This document shows positions 10,764 to 24,500 of a stretch of 64,000 nt of DNA, one piece after another. Position 1 is the stretch's first letter. Every line of letters begins with the position of its first letter. The position numbers and the translations under genes are program-made. The notes beneath the pieces are model-generated. The model was given only the letters and a program-made list of their open reading frames with translations. It was not told where the DNA came from and did not search any database. This DNA is from Balanoglossus misakiensis (lineage: Eukaryota > Animalia > Hemichordata): contig CM082582.2 in the NCBI GenBank assembly GCA_040954595.2, positions 10,221,483-10,285,482 of the forward strand, given 5' to 3'.

Positions 10764-12849
10764 TATTCAAGTATGGAGAGAACTTGATAGATATGTCTGG
10801 GCCGAATTGAAGCTAACCATACCGAAAGCTTTTGTACTGTCTTTTGTTCACTCTTTCTCCGGTATTTGAAGTTATGAATATCCTTGTAAGTTAGTGTGTT
10901 TGTATGTATGATATCATATTCTGTGAATCAAATGTCTATGACAGTTGTCCGTTTGTATGAATGGACTATATTACAAACTGTAGGGCCCTGGAAATGAAAC
11001 AAAGTATTCCCGCTTGTTTTGCTTTCATAACCTGGCTTGAAAATTCAACATACTATTAGCTCGGCTACTTAACTTATCGATTTTCTGACGACATCTCCCG
11101 TTGTGCAATCATTTCAAAGTATTTGTACAGCATCAAACGTGTGTTCATTCACTTGGTGCATGATGTGTACTGTTTGCAGCCTCAATTAACATTGCATTGA
11201 TGATCTGACGTTTGTGTCAACAACACGAAGAAAAAGAACTACGTAGGCTAATTGATATGAAGCAAAAATTCTGACTATGAAACTAATGATATTATATAAT
11301 GACATGCGAGATACCAGCAAGCTAGCAAGCTACAACGTGGGTCATGCCAAGATAGATTGCGTTATTCTGGTATTCCCACAGCCTACTATAAAATAAGAAG
11401 ATAATCAACAGCCAGTTTTGTTCCAAACTGATGAAAATTTTTGTTAATTAATCAGAAGGGTAATCAGGCATAACCACTTTTATTAATGAATATATGAACA
11501 TTCGTGTTGAATTCGCCACCGATACGCGTCGAAGGGTCAATGTAATCACCACGAAGTGCGTAAACATACAGATTATGGTGTACACATTTCACGACTCTTG
11601 AGATAGAACGTGCGACTCATGAGAAGACTTTCGAGCGAGAAAGGGCTTGTGGGGATTCTCTGATTGATGATTCCCGAGTGCTTATTTCTAAATTATAGGC
11701 TTATGCGTGATCGATTTCATAGAAGCCACAAGAGAGACTATCTTGATAAAAGCGCTTCAGCGTGCTAACCTTTGAAGGAAAATGCTGTTCCGTTATAAAT
11801 TTTTAAAGAAAACACAATTCTACGTCAAATATTGTACTTATACATTCTATTTAAAAAGAAGTACATGTATTGCAGTAAGATCTAAAATGCCCTCCGCGTG
11901 GAACTACGGTGTCAGATACAGGTAATGCCGGAAAAATAAATGTACGTGAAATCTGTGCCGATCGCTGCTGATAAGAAAAGTCTCTGATTTATCACACTGA
12001 GGCAGCAGCCCATTGATAACATCTGAGGGGAACGGAACACGCCAAGTGCTTTAATGTACAATAAAAAATCCTGTCACATAACGCATAGTAACGATTCGTG
12101 TTATACGTGCAACCGGCTGTTCATGGAAACACCACAACACACTGTTTTCGTGTACGCTTATAACGGCATATGGCAACAAATCCACCCTTCCAAACGAACT
12201 GAACGCATAAAATTTTAATTTTAATTTTTCTGTACTCTGAATTTGTATGTATATAATCATGGCCGTTTACCCGGACGGCGGAGATGGATTACGCCGACAA
12301 AGAGTAATGACTTCTGCCGATGAATGGCTACATCCGGGCAAGTCGACAGCCATTCACTTTAACACGTCGGCCATCTTGTGCACCATCAATATTGTTAATC
12401 CCTAAGCTTATGGGCGACAACTACAGACTACACAATTACGCGGCCGCATGGTTTCATTGCCGATTACTAACTGGTTAATCACAACCGACATGCAAGCGTT
12501 ACAAAGATCTCACTATGCTCAGAACAAGTTTGAGACGTCAGGCTCATATGAAAGCGACACAAGATATGCGGCTTTCTCTCATATTTGTATGATTTATTGA
12601 TCTCCTCCTCGTATTAAGATTAATTGATAGACAGGCCTTCAAATACGGGTGAGCAAGTACTGTATTTGATTTATTAGCGAAATATTCCATCGGGATCGAA
12701 ACCTACAACCATGACTACACTTCCTAGATAGTATCGCTAAATTTTACTTAGGTCATTGTATCGACATTCTGACAAAATGAATGTGATTTTCGAGTAATGA
12801 CGCTCGGAGATGCGACCTAGAATTTCTGACGATAAGGTTGCCTATGAAA

Positions 12850-15800
12850 CTAAGGGTGATTTTTCTTTGCCTTTTTGGGAGCGAAAAATACAGACGTCAC
12901 TTTCGAAATCATCTCTTCGACGACCTTCTCGTCTGGCGACGGCTCGTGGTGGTGCCTGACGTTCAACAAACTCTCGATGATCAACGCAATGAACATATTG
13001 ACGACGAAAAACAGCGATATTACAACGAAGGTCGACACCAAGATGGCGGAGAATGTCGGATTAAACCGCCGCATTTCTTGGTCGACGTGACCCAACATGA
13101 GGCTGAAAAGAGCCTCGTACGCGGACATCACACTACGAAAACCAGACACGCCCGGCCCCAGCACTATGTACGCCATGCACACAAAGGCGGTAAAGGTTAC
13201 GGCAAGCATAACGAAAAAGCCGGTCAAATCCTTGCCGGCCGACTTCAAAGCCGACGTCAGGAGATAGATTCTCGGATTGATCCGTAAAAGGTGTAGAAAT
13301 TTTACGGTGCCTAACAAAACTAGCAACGAAATGAGGTACTCTAACGTCTGCGCAAGCAGCGCGGCTTCGTGAAAGCCGACGAACTCATGCGGTGTACTCT
13401 TGTAGATCTTCAGTGTGCTATTAACGACGATTTCCCGCCCAATGTAAATTCCTACAGTCGTCAACGAAGCCCCGATGATGAAAAGTTCCAACCAATTCCA
13501 GACACTTCTGAAGTATTTCTTCCTGAGCAGCCAAATTTGTTTTCCCTCCGTGTACATGTAGAATAAGATGAAGAGGACGTACAGAATTTCGCAGGCCATG
13601 ACGAACAGCATGAAATCCGCGCTGTAGCGATAGAACTTGGTGGTCATTATTTCGAACTTTTTCAACAGCCCCCCTATTCCCGGTCGCTCTATGAGCAAAG
13701 TCACGATACTGAAAAGATTTGCATTGGCGTTGTACAGTGTAAATTCAACGAACAAAGCGCGTGTTTGGTCGTCCAACCACAGACTGTCTTCCAAATAGTG
13801 GACGGTCTCCACGGATGATTCCAGTTCAGCCCCGAGATTGGCCACGTAGCCCCCTCCACTGTAGGCGGCCGCTTGTCCCCAGTACGGGTTACCGACAGAC
13901 TTCTGATAAAACCACGGATTGTTCGAACCACTCTCTGAGGTCGCGTTGGCTGGTAACGGTTTCCATGACTCCGAGTATGAATCGCCATCTTCGGCGGCCC
14001 TGGAGTATTGGCCGTGGCATTGCGCATGCCCGACCATCGAACACGAACCTTCACAGAGACAGGACGGGATTAAAGTGGGAGATGAAAAGTGAAATTGCGA
14101 TTTCGATTCATTCTTGATAGTAGTGAGGGCGAGGATTCAAAGGAGAGACTCACCATTTTTGTTTCGAATTTGCCGAAATCTAGCCACGCCAACGAGCTTG
14201 GTTGCCTGATCAGATAAGAATCCGGGCACATCGCCATGTAGTCCGGGTAACAGCCGTTCGTATGTCCAGTTGAAGAACGTGGAATATTCATGAAGCTGGT
14301 AAAATGGAGAAAGACAACCGGGTGGTTTTATTTGGGGGGGGGGACATTGGAGTTAAGGTGAAATGTGTAGATGCACACACACACTCACACTCACACATAT
14401 ACACTTACTCTACGGAACATTGTATTCCATCTAATCATCTCAAACTTACCCAAATATTGTAATTCTTATTGTTGAAAAAGATGTTCTCCACAGATTTTGA
14501 CATGTAGAACGCCTTCTTGTCTCTCTGTCCGTGTGCGATGGTCAACAGTAACCAGATGAAGAAGATGTACCCGAAGATCTCCCGAAGTAAGGCGTACACT
14601 TTCCGAGTGATCTCCTTGCGGTTTCGGCATTGGTTCACTGTCTCCGGTTCGGGTGGAAAGTAAATTTTCTCGTCGAGACGTTGTCTCAGGACTTTCTCGT
14701 GAATCGACTCCAATCTGTTCAGATTATCTAATGCGAATGAGATAAAAAAAAATAATAAACCAGACGAATTAAAGAAATGGACAAACGGTAGATTATAGTT
14801 TGATGGTCATGACCAACAAAGTGGTCAATTTAACAAAGAAGCGATACTTACCGACAGTAATGGGTATATCATCAACGTCTTGGCTGCCGTCGTCTTCTTC
14901 GTCCAAGGTTTTCAGAACAAGAGCTGTAAAAGCAGCCAGAAGGATCACCTGGAAAATATAATAATTACAAGTGTGAATAGTAGAGAATAACAAGGCCACA
15001 TACAAAACAGACAGGCAAACCCACTGAAACCTGTATTAACCGCCATCTTGAAAAACGCGTTGCATTGTGGGACGAGGATTTCGCTAGTCTTGCTCAAATG
15101 CCTGTGGGTTATACAGCCTTCTTTACAATTGTACTTTTTGGCGATTTGAGCAACTCACCGTTATCGGCTGCTCCACGAGGACGCTTTCGAAGATGGACAC
15201 AAACATGGACACCAGCCAATCGATGGACCTCTTCTTGCCGTACTTGAGTCCGTACAACATCACGAAGTAGGCAGAAATCAGGGTCGTGGCCACGGCCACC
15301 AACCAGCCGACGTAGACGAACCACCAGGGAAGCCGGAACTGGCAAGAACACCTGCACATTTTGCGGCCGGATTCCGCACTTGTTTTATCGTCCGTTTGTC
15401 GCGAGATTTCACTCGGAATGTAAATAACCGACGATGGCGTCGCTATTCTGTCCATAGACACACCACCGAACGGGGCTGTCGTGACGCCAGATTCTTCAAC
15501 GTTCGACAGGCCAGCAGCACTGTCCTTTTCCCTTGGAGAAAGTGGCCTGGTATTGTCGTCGGCACTAACAAAACTATATTCTGACTCGGAAGACGGCACT
15601 TCTTCACCCAAGCTCCGGCGTTCTGTCGACCGGCTTCCGATTGACTGGTACTCCCCAGACGTCGACTGGTCGCTGTCGACTTCGCGCTTTTTCCGCGGCC
15701 TCGGTTCGACATACCGGAAGATCTGCACGACGACGAAGTTGATCGGAAACACTATGATGCTGCTCTGGATGCCGACAATCAGCTGCTGCCAGGTGAACTC

Positions 15801-18800
15801 GAAGACGCCGAAGTCCATCTTCTGGTCGCGAGGATCTTCCGGCACGCCGTAGAACATTATGCTGGCCAGCATGGAGCACAGCAGGAGCGAGAGGGCACAG
15901 GTCAGGCGCTGCAGCCGGGTGAAGTTGCTCCTCGGCGGGCGGCCGAGAATGGAAAACCAAAGGTGGCGGTCGCGCAGGTCCTTCGCCGTCTTCGTGACGA
16001 AGATGTGTTTGAAATTCTTGAGATCCTCCTCGGAGGCAACCTTGAAAAGTCGGTCGATGGAGCCATGCCCGATGTCCACGGCCAACCACGTGTTACACAG
16101 GAAGTACCAGCGCTGGTCCGTCTCTAAATCGTGGACAATCGCGTGACCGGCAAACCTGGGGAAAGATATTTAGGTTGTAACTAAATCTATGCTCGAAAAA
16201 CGCGACCCAATTGCAGTTACACATGGTGACTGATGTCCCAATGAAATGGCGATGACTAGACAAAATGCCATTGGTGCCAATCAAATACAGGTGTTTCATT
16301 CGAACTAGTGACACGTGGTGATACTGTATGCATGCACTTGTACTAAAATGACGTTGTTGCTGAGGACGAAAGACCCTGGACACCGAAAGAAAAATGCAAA
16401 ATTATTTTGCACTTACCATTCTGGATAGTCTCCCGCGTTGTCGTGCCACAGACGGATCGCCTCGATGTCGCCCAGCGACCCGGCCGTCGTCAGCAGGAAC
16501 GAGTCGGTGTCGCCGCGTTGCAGGACCTGTCTCGCCGAATCTCGCAGCACGTGGGGTTCGCTCTCGCCGTGGGTTCCGAGAAGCGTCAGCGTGACAGAGG
16601 CTGACGTGCCGGCCCCTCGGCGGTAGCCGGTGTGCACGGTGACGTCGTAGCGGTACAGCGCGAAGGGGTCGTTGTCTTCTAAAATACACACCTCCGCCTG
16701 AGCGCGGTCTTTGATATCTTTCCTTCTGGCGAAGACGGCCAGCACCAGATACAACACAAATATGGCCCCCACCGTGGACACGACCACCGGGTTGTCCAGG
16801 AAAGTCAGAAAGAGCTTAGCGTCGTTGATGAAGTCGACCGTGTTCGGCATGACGAACATCGACATACCGAAGACTGTCAGGTGGTTACACAGACAGTGTG
16901 TGTATGCCAGTGACGTCAGTGGTCCGACCCTGCATCCGTCCCCAATCCAGACCTCTCTGGCCTCATCCCAGTACAAGCACGTGGGCATCACAGTAAACAC
17001 AGCAAATGAGACATTTTCGCCGGGAGTGGCGCCATCTAGTGTTATCAACACGTAGTAGGTCCCGATCTCCTTCAGATACTCGGCAGACGACAGTAGCCAC
17101 GTGTTCTCCTCACTTGTTCCGTTTTGGGCCAGGCTGGTAGTTTTATCAAATTCACCAAAGCTCGGTACGGAATCATACCGTACATACAGCTGAAAAGACA
17201 GATTCTTCTCGACCGTGTCGACGCCGATCAGCAGCGACGTGTCCGGCGATGATACGTTGAATGCAATCACTATTCTCGTGTCATTGGAATATTCCGTCAT
17301 GATTTCATTTTTCTGTGTTCCGGCTGACGTTCTCGGCAAGAAGAACTCGATCTCTTCTGGTAAATTATCAACTTGGATTGCCTGGTCAGTAGACGTCTTC
17401 ATCTGCAGACCAATGATGGCGCCCTCCACATCTTTACTGCTGGTATCCCAGTTGAACGGGTTCTGAGTCATGTGTAAAAGTTGTAAATCAACAGGCCCCG
17501 TGTAATTGTTCGTCAAGGATCCCAGAAGGGAACTGTTCGCCGGAAGTTGATATCCAACACCAGACTCTGCATCCTGGTAAACCGCTCCGCCAAGACTCTC
17601 CGCTTCTTTCCTGTCCAGCGTCACGGCCAAGGCAGGCGTCTTCAACACCGTCGGGGCCTCGCCAACGACTTTGTTGGCCAAGATTGCCGACTGGACATCC
17701 TCCAACGCGGTGAATGTGGCCAGGGTGACGTTCCGACCCTCTTCGGAAGACGAGTCAACGCTTTCCTCTCCTTCACTCATCGAGCCAGTGCCACCAGTGT
17801 CGTCATGGTAATCCAGTTCATCCGGGGCACCGAGTGACGCTTCCATGACGTTGGACAGTCCGGACACGAGCGACTGCGCCGCGGCTTCGATGGCCTCACC
17901 ACCGACAGACGCCGACTGGGATTTCAAGAAGTTTCCCATCCTGGTGTACATGGTAGCTGCTGACAACTGCGCTTCTCTGGAAACTTCCGTTTTAACCTGC
18001 GTTGCTAGGTTCATGGCAGATGACGTCTGCTTCAACATTTCCATGCTCACCAGAGGCATGACAGATAAGGTCTTCACGATCGTAGTTCGTATCTTAGTTT
18101 CCTGGGTGTGGTCAGTGACGTTGGTTGTCACGACAGAGTCGGACTGTGCGTTCAAGACTGAACTCACGGAATTCAAAAGCTGCGTCGCCATCTGGTTGTC
18201 TCCGGCCTCCAAGAGACTCTTTAGAGGCGAGCTGTCGCCTGTCGTCAGATTCAGTAATTTTTCGTGGACCGCTTCGCTGCTTACGCCAGCCTGAGTTTCG
18301 TTTACTGTAGTTGAGGTAACTACTTGCACGCTTGCGCCGTACACGTCGGAGACGGCGACGACGATATCAACGCGGTAATCTCGCTCAGCGATGCCCACCG
18401 GTAAGTAGGTCGACTCCACGCTGGGCTCCTGTCCGAAGAAGAGGAGGGTGCCACTGTCTGTCCCAGCCTCCAAGGAAGTGACCCGCGCAGCCTTCTCCGC
18501 CCCGGTAACCGCCGAAAACGTGTACGCGAGCGGTGCATCTTCATCGCTGAATCCGACACAATCCACCGAGTATAAGGTGTCCAGGACATATCCAAATGGC
18601 GGAGACACGGAACAGGAGCCGGCAGAGGGCGGTGTGTTGATGGTGACGCCGTACTGCGCACTGCCCTCTGTCCTGCCGCTGATGAAACCTGTCAGCTTTA
18701 CCGAGTACATGTAACTGTGCCCTTCTGCGACCGCGCGCGAAAGGGCAGCGGCTTTGAAGACGATATTCTTGCCCGTGCCACCGGTCGTGGTGATGCTGTC

Positions 18801-21039
18801 GATGTCCGCATCTACTATGGCGTCATCGGCGGCATCGTGCAGCGTCCAAGTGTAGTCTGGTTGCTGGAACCGCGTGCAGTCTGCGCAGTCCGCTGACAGG
18901 GCAAATCGACTGGATGGGTTGACTTTGACGTCACAGTTTTGAAGACACCTGATCTGCAGTAACAGCGGAGAGCCCGGTACGATTGTAACAATTTGCTCGG
19001 CGATTCCTGCTTCTCTGCCAGCTCGGCCGACCTCAAGACGAAACACGTACGATGCGGGGGTCAAAGACTGCGCGTCCACGGTTAGGATTGGCTCGGTGTG
19101 GTTGGACAAATGGACACCAGTACCAAAACATCCACCTGTTGTTTCATTTTTGTGAGAGGACATCGGATCTAAAAATGGCGGGTCGTTCTCCTTCCGACAG
19201 TACCAGTCGAACTCCATACCGTCTGTGCCGCCAGGGTCCTCGGGGTTATCGGGGTCGTGAGACTGGCTACCATCAAGTGTGACAGTGGAAGACCAACCGA
19301 CGGTCCTCGCCGATCCACCGTTGATTTTGGCCACCACTGGTGAAGACACGATCACCACGCGGATTTGGTCACTGTTGCTGACAACAACGTCGTCTGTCGA
19401 CCGTTCCACAATACTGACTGTCAGTTTGAAGGCGTACATGCCGTACTCCAAGCTGTAGGGCGGCACCACAAGAGTCGTGCCGGAAGAATCTATGGCAGGC
19501 GGAAGACGGCAAATGTTCGACTCGTCAGCGACGGCACCAACGCCCTCAACCCGATGCACCGTCCAGTTGAAAACTGCCCGAGTGTCGCCCTCGCAATCCA
19601 GTTCCACCTTTGCGGTCAGTAGGAAGCCGACGCTCAGCTTGTAGTTGGAGACTGTGGTGATATTCTCACTGTTAGAATTGATGTGTACCACCGGCGATTC
19701 ACAAGACTTGCCGACGACGACATCCGTGGACGCAGAGCGCGTGTTCACTTGGTTGGATACGGTGACTTCGACGGTGAACGAACCCGTGGCGCCGAAACTA
19801 TGCGTGAATACCGAGGCCAGCATGCTCTGCGGCTCGAACGCTAAGTCCAGCGAAGACGGGATGTGCCTCGATACGCCCTCTACTGACTCGGGCACCGGTA
19901 CTTCCACCTCAGTGCCGTCTCCGAAGTTTGCGACGTAAGTGGCCTCCGTGCCGAGGCGATCTGTGAACAGAACCATCGTCACCATCTCGCCGACTTCTGC
20001 GGGGCCGTCGTTGATCAAGTACAACTCCGCCACTGAGTCCATCGGAGCAAGCGTCTGTGAATCACTCGCGAACGTGGTAACGGGTACATCAGTCCGTACG
20101 ATGTTTTCGTCATTCGGCACAGCTGAAATTAACACACAAAAATTGTCTTCGTCAAGTCTTATATATTTGTATAACATACCTCCAACCCAGACATACTGTC
20201 CTCGTAAAAAAAACTCGCCAAATCACTAAAGCTACTGTTAATTAATTTTGCATGAAACGATTTACCATATTGGCATACGAAGAAGTACTTTCGGCTATCA
20301 TCACAGCGATCATCGTTCCATCGGTAACCGTCGACGAGGTCAAGCCACCGTATGCAGACGCAGTCCTCTCCGGTCCTGTAATCGTTGGGTTCCCCTTCGC
20401 TGAAATGGTGATATTCCACGGGTGTGCCGTCTAGCCATAGGAATGTTCCTATAATATATAAAGTTGAGATTACGACAGACAGATCAGGACAAGCGTACTC
20501 AGGCTTTGAGACATGGTTTCAGAATATTCTCAGTGCATTGTGGAACTGGAAATAGAGCTATAAAGTTTTTTTTTCCCCCACCTTCTTCTTCCCTGTCTGT
20601 CAGTCCAATCCACCAATTGCCTTCGACTGCCGGTATATTGTCGAGGATGAACTGGTTTCGATCCTCGCTCTTGATGAAGACAAGATGGCCGCCTCGTTCT
20701 TGGCAGCTCGTTTCGGCCTTTCCGAAACTTGTCTCCTCCACGACGAATTCAATGCAAGACGATTCGTGTTCGTGTTGGCCTTGGGGACAAATACTCCCTG
20801 AAATGCGAGAGATTTTAAATGTTCAATATTTATATGGCCACCGACATGATATAAAATGTTCACAAGCAACTTCGCATAATGACGGAATTCGAACATCTCC
20901 GAACATGCCAAAAAGATACAGTGGTTCCGTATCACAAATCCGATGTGTCATCCTTACCTTGGCTATTAGCAATTACTACGAATGCCAACATGTAAACGAG
21001 GAAATATAAAAGCGGATGTGTCGTGGTGCTGATAATCAT
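12850..21039 (-). CDS. Polycystin-1 family protein A (PKD1L2/PKD1L3/REJ-like): signal peptide, C-type lectin, PKD domain, REJ, GAIN/GPS, TM1, PLAT, TM2-5, polycystin channel domain; about 2299 aa
   Basis: Exons 21039-20958, 20797-20582, 20448-20266, 20122-16417, 16155-15159, 14948-14852, 14727-14450, 14295-14154 and 14048-12850 sum to 6900 nt, with compatible phases and GT-AG introns. Motifs: WIGL, EPN, WND (CTL); LDGSQSHDPD (REJ); CLCNHL/TVF (GPS); VHTGYRRGAGTSA..LWHDN (PLAT); ARFRQIR, YSGGGY and WLDDQTRALFVEFTLYNAN (channel TOP domain). Confidence 0.9.
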
Positions 21040-21507
21040 ATTCAATTTCCTCGCAACCTTTCTTATTTTCAATACGACAAAATTAGAATCGGAAATCTGG
21101 CTGTTGAAGTGTCACGAGAGAAGAACAGATAAGAAAACGAGTCTGGGACACTTTGCTGCACGTGTTTATAACGGCGGTACGCGTTAGTTCTAATATTACG
21201 TTCTGTCAGCGCGCACGCTTTTAGTGAACGAATCCCAGCTCGCGTTTCTTGTTCTATGCTGCGCAAATCATGAAAACGGTTCTTTTTTAGGTTCGCGCGT
21301 TCTTCCATTCCCTTTTCAAATATTTCGCGCGCCCGGCAAACTGCAACGTCTTCCAAATAGCATGGATTGGTCTCCGTATTATATTGAAAGCGACAATGTT
21401 AGCATTTATTTCACTGACCATAATGGATATTTCTTGAAAATTGTGAAAATGACATCATTGAGTTCGTAGTGGACAAGTATAGGAGTCCCTCCATAATAAG
21501 ACTAAGA
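21040..21507. promoter_or_regulatory. Candidate bidirectional promoter between the two polycystin paralogues
   Basis: Inferred start codons diverge at 21039 (-) and 21508 (+), with 468 bp between them. Transcription starts are not located. Confidence 0.5.
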
Positions 21508-24500
21508 ATGGGGAAGTGGTACCGGTTCATAGGAGGGTGTGGAACCAGCGTCTGGAATGCTTGCACGGTTGCAGCACTGACAATATCCTTCGTCGCGATG
21601 ATTGCATCTATCGGTAGGATTCTATTCTCTGTGTTTTTCCTGATAATTATTCAGCAATTAAACAAAATGACACTACTTTCAACTTTGCACATTGTATATC
21701 ATTGACACACACATTTGTCGTGTTCCCTTACCACTCAGGTTGTCAGGCGATAGACGTCGGATTGTCGACGACGCCGTTCGACCACTGCGCACACTTATCA
21801 ACAGCAACTGTGGAGGTGAACAAGACAGATGATGAAACCGACACATTCGTCTATGAGTTTGACTTCGATGACGGTCTATACACAGGTGAGTACATGTGTT
21901 AATGTTTGGCCAGTTTTAAAGCATCGTCCGCTCGCACGGGTCGTTGGCTCAACCAGTCTCCCTTGAACGAGTTTGGTTGACAACTGAGTGTCTGCATGCC
22001 TGCATGTTTGTCCGTCCGTCTGTCTGTCTGTCTGTCCGACATCCACATTGCACCTTTCAAACATATATCGCCTAACTTTGCGCCACAGAAAGTGCAATTT
22101 TGGAAACTGGAACTACCAATCTGTACGCACCCATCTGTGACATAGGATGTTACAAAGTCGACCTGTCAATTCACAGCGCAGAGGGCACCGGGAAGTGGAA
22201 CTTTTCCGATGTCTGCGTCTTAGAAGCTATTGAGAAGGTTGACTTAGAAAGTTACTCCATCTACAACCCAGGTACGGAGTTCTGGTTTTCCTGCAGTAAT
22301 GGCCGGTTTACGACAGCAGTGACCATGACTGTAAAAGCTGGAATATCGTGAGGTTTGATGCGCAACCATTATAATTAAGAAAGTTGTCTAAATTTTCATT
22401 TAATTATTTTTCAGAGACACCCTCGATAATTCTTCCATTTGGAGCAACGCTTTTATTCCGAGCATCGGTGAATGTGTCCGAAGCAAGCATTTTTCTGTAT
22501 CGATGGGAATTTTCGTCACCTGCCCTGTGGATTCCGATCACAGGCACAACAACCGAGCCTGCTTTCTCCTTGGCGGAATATCCCCCGTCGGAGGGGCACG
22601 CCATAACGGTGGTCGTCGAGAATCAACTGTACGCCGTCGCGGAGACCAGGAACCTCATCCTGACGGAGGGCGTCGGCCGGACCGTGTCCCTGGTCGACAG
22701 CGGTCCCGTGGGGCTGGGTGACGTCATGCTGTTCGAGTACTTCACCAACAGGGTGTCTGCGACATACGCGATAATCTTTGACGCTGACCTGGGTGACGGC
22801 AACCACGTGGGACTAGAAGATTACGTGGATGTTACTGAAGAAGACTCCGACCCGAAGTTCAAGTTCTCTTTCAGCCACACCTACCTGGACGCCGGTTCCT
22901 ACACCGTCACGGTCACGGCAGTCAACGATGCGTCCAGCATTTCCGTATCGAACGTGGTTTACTGTGCGACGATAACGGTCCAGGCGTATTGGCCACACGG
23001 AGGTAAGCTGGGAGTGCTTTTTATCGGCGTTTGCCTGTGTTATGTGCCTCTGATCTGTGCGTCACTTCGCCAAATATTGTGACATTAGATGCTGTGCATA
23101 CTTTTTCGAACCCCGACTGTGCTTTCGGTTGTTTGTGTTGTTCGTCTTTTTTTCCGCAGAATATTTTGACATTTCAACTTTTTTGTTTCAGGGTCCTTCT
23201 CCGAGTCGGACATCGGAGAAACGTTTGAGTCTCCTCTTGTGTTCAACGTGACGACCTTTAATAATTCCGTGCCGCTGTCGGTCTTTAAGTCATTCAAGTG
23301 GACCATCGAAGGACCACACTTCGCGCAAATCGTCACGACGGCACCCTCACTGGAGCACGTCTTCCAGGGAGAAGGTGTATTTGACGTCAACGCCACGGCT
23401 GTGAGTCACAGCGGCGTCGACGTCACCAGGGCAACGTTCACGGCGAGGGTGGTGGACTCCATCGCCGCCCTGTACCTGATCAACGACAGCCCGGCGGAGG
23501 TCGGCGGGTCGGTGACGTTTGTTCTCTTCACCAGCCGGGTCGGCACCGACGCAACCTACAGCGCCAATCTCGGCGACGGATCCTCGCTGCAGTTGTCTCT
23601 CCCGAGCGAGGTGAACGACATATCCAGCTTCGTGCCGCCGACCACAAACTTGATATTCCTCCCGCAAGAAAAGTTCGCCGTCGTGTTTCATCACACGTAC
23701 GCGTCGAAGGGAACGTTCACCGCATCCGTGTCCGCATCCAATGAGCTAAACCACCGGGCGGCATTCTCTGACGTGTTCATCCTGACCGAAGCGTGCGACC
23801 CGCCCACAGTTCGCATCGGCGAGAACTCGGAGGACCCGTCCGCCGTGGCGAGTTACCAAGCCGACATGTTCATTGTACAGACCGCAAACGTTTGGACAAG
23901 CACCTGTTACGGCTCGGGAGAAATAGCTTTGGAGTGGACCGCTCATCTCATCACAAATCGAACAACGCTGCCTGGTCCGTCCAACCAGCGTCCTTTTGCA
24001 GCCCCAATCGAAACATCACGGGCAAATCTAGTCATACCGCCGTATGGTCTGAATCCCGGGTTATATTTCCTGAAGTTGACCGTCACAATTATCGACCAAG
24101 CGACTGGAAGCAGTATAGTCCATAACAGCGACCAGACACTTGTTCGCATCTCTCCGTTACTGGTCGCGAAAATTGAAGGTGGTAGTTCAAGAACAGTTGG
24201 TACGAATACTTCTGTTTTATTACTATTCTTTTGTCTGTCCATCCCATGTATTTCTGTCTCTCCGTGACTCCGTCTGCCTGGTTATTTTCTAACAATCCAG
24301 TTTCATATCACTTCATCACCAGGATTGACATCTGCCATATCCATCGACGCGCAAAAATCCCACGACCCAGATCCGACAGACGACGGTTCAATGCTGCAGT
24401 TCAGATGGTACTGCAGAACGATGGACGACCCACCGTTCCCAGGCCCGATCACGCTCTCTCATTTGGCGAATACCGGTATGCGTATATGCTATAGGTACAT

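Noticed and set aside
14405-14431. Apparent micro-exon (AG..GTAAGT on the minus strand) inside a polycystin A intron
   Set aside because: It would need an upstream intron of only about 19 nt, and the flanking exons already join in frame without it.
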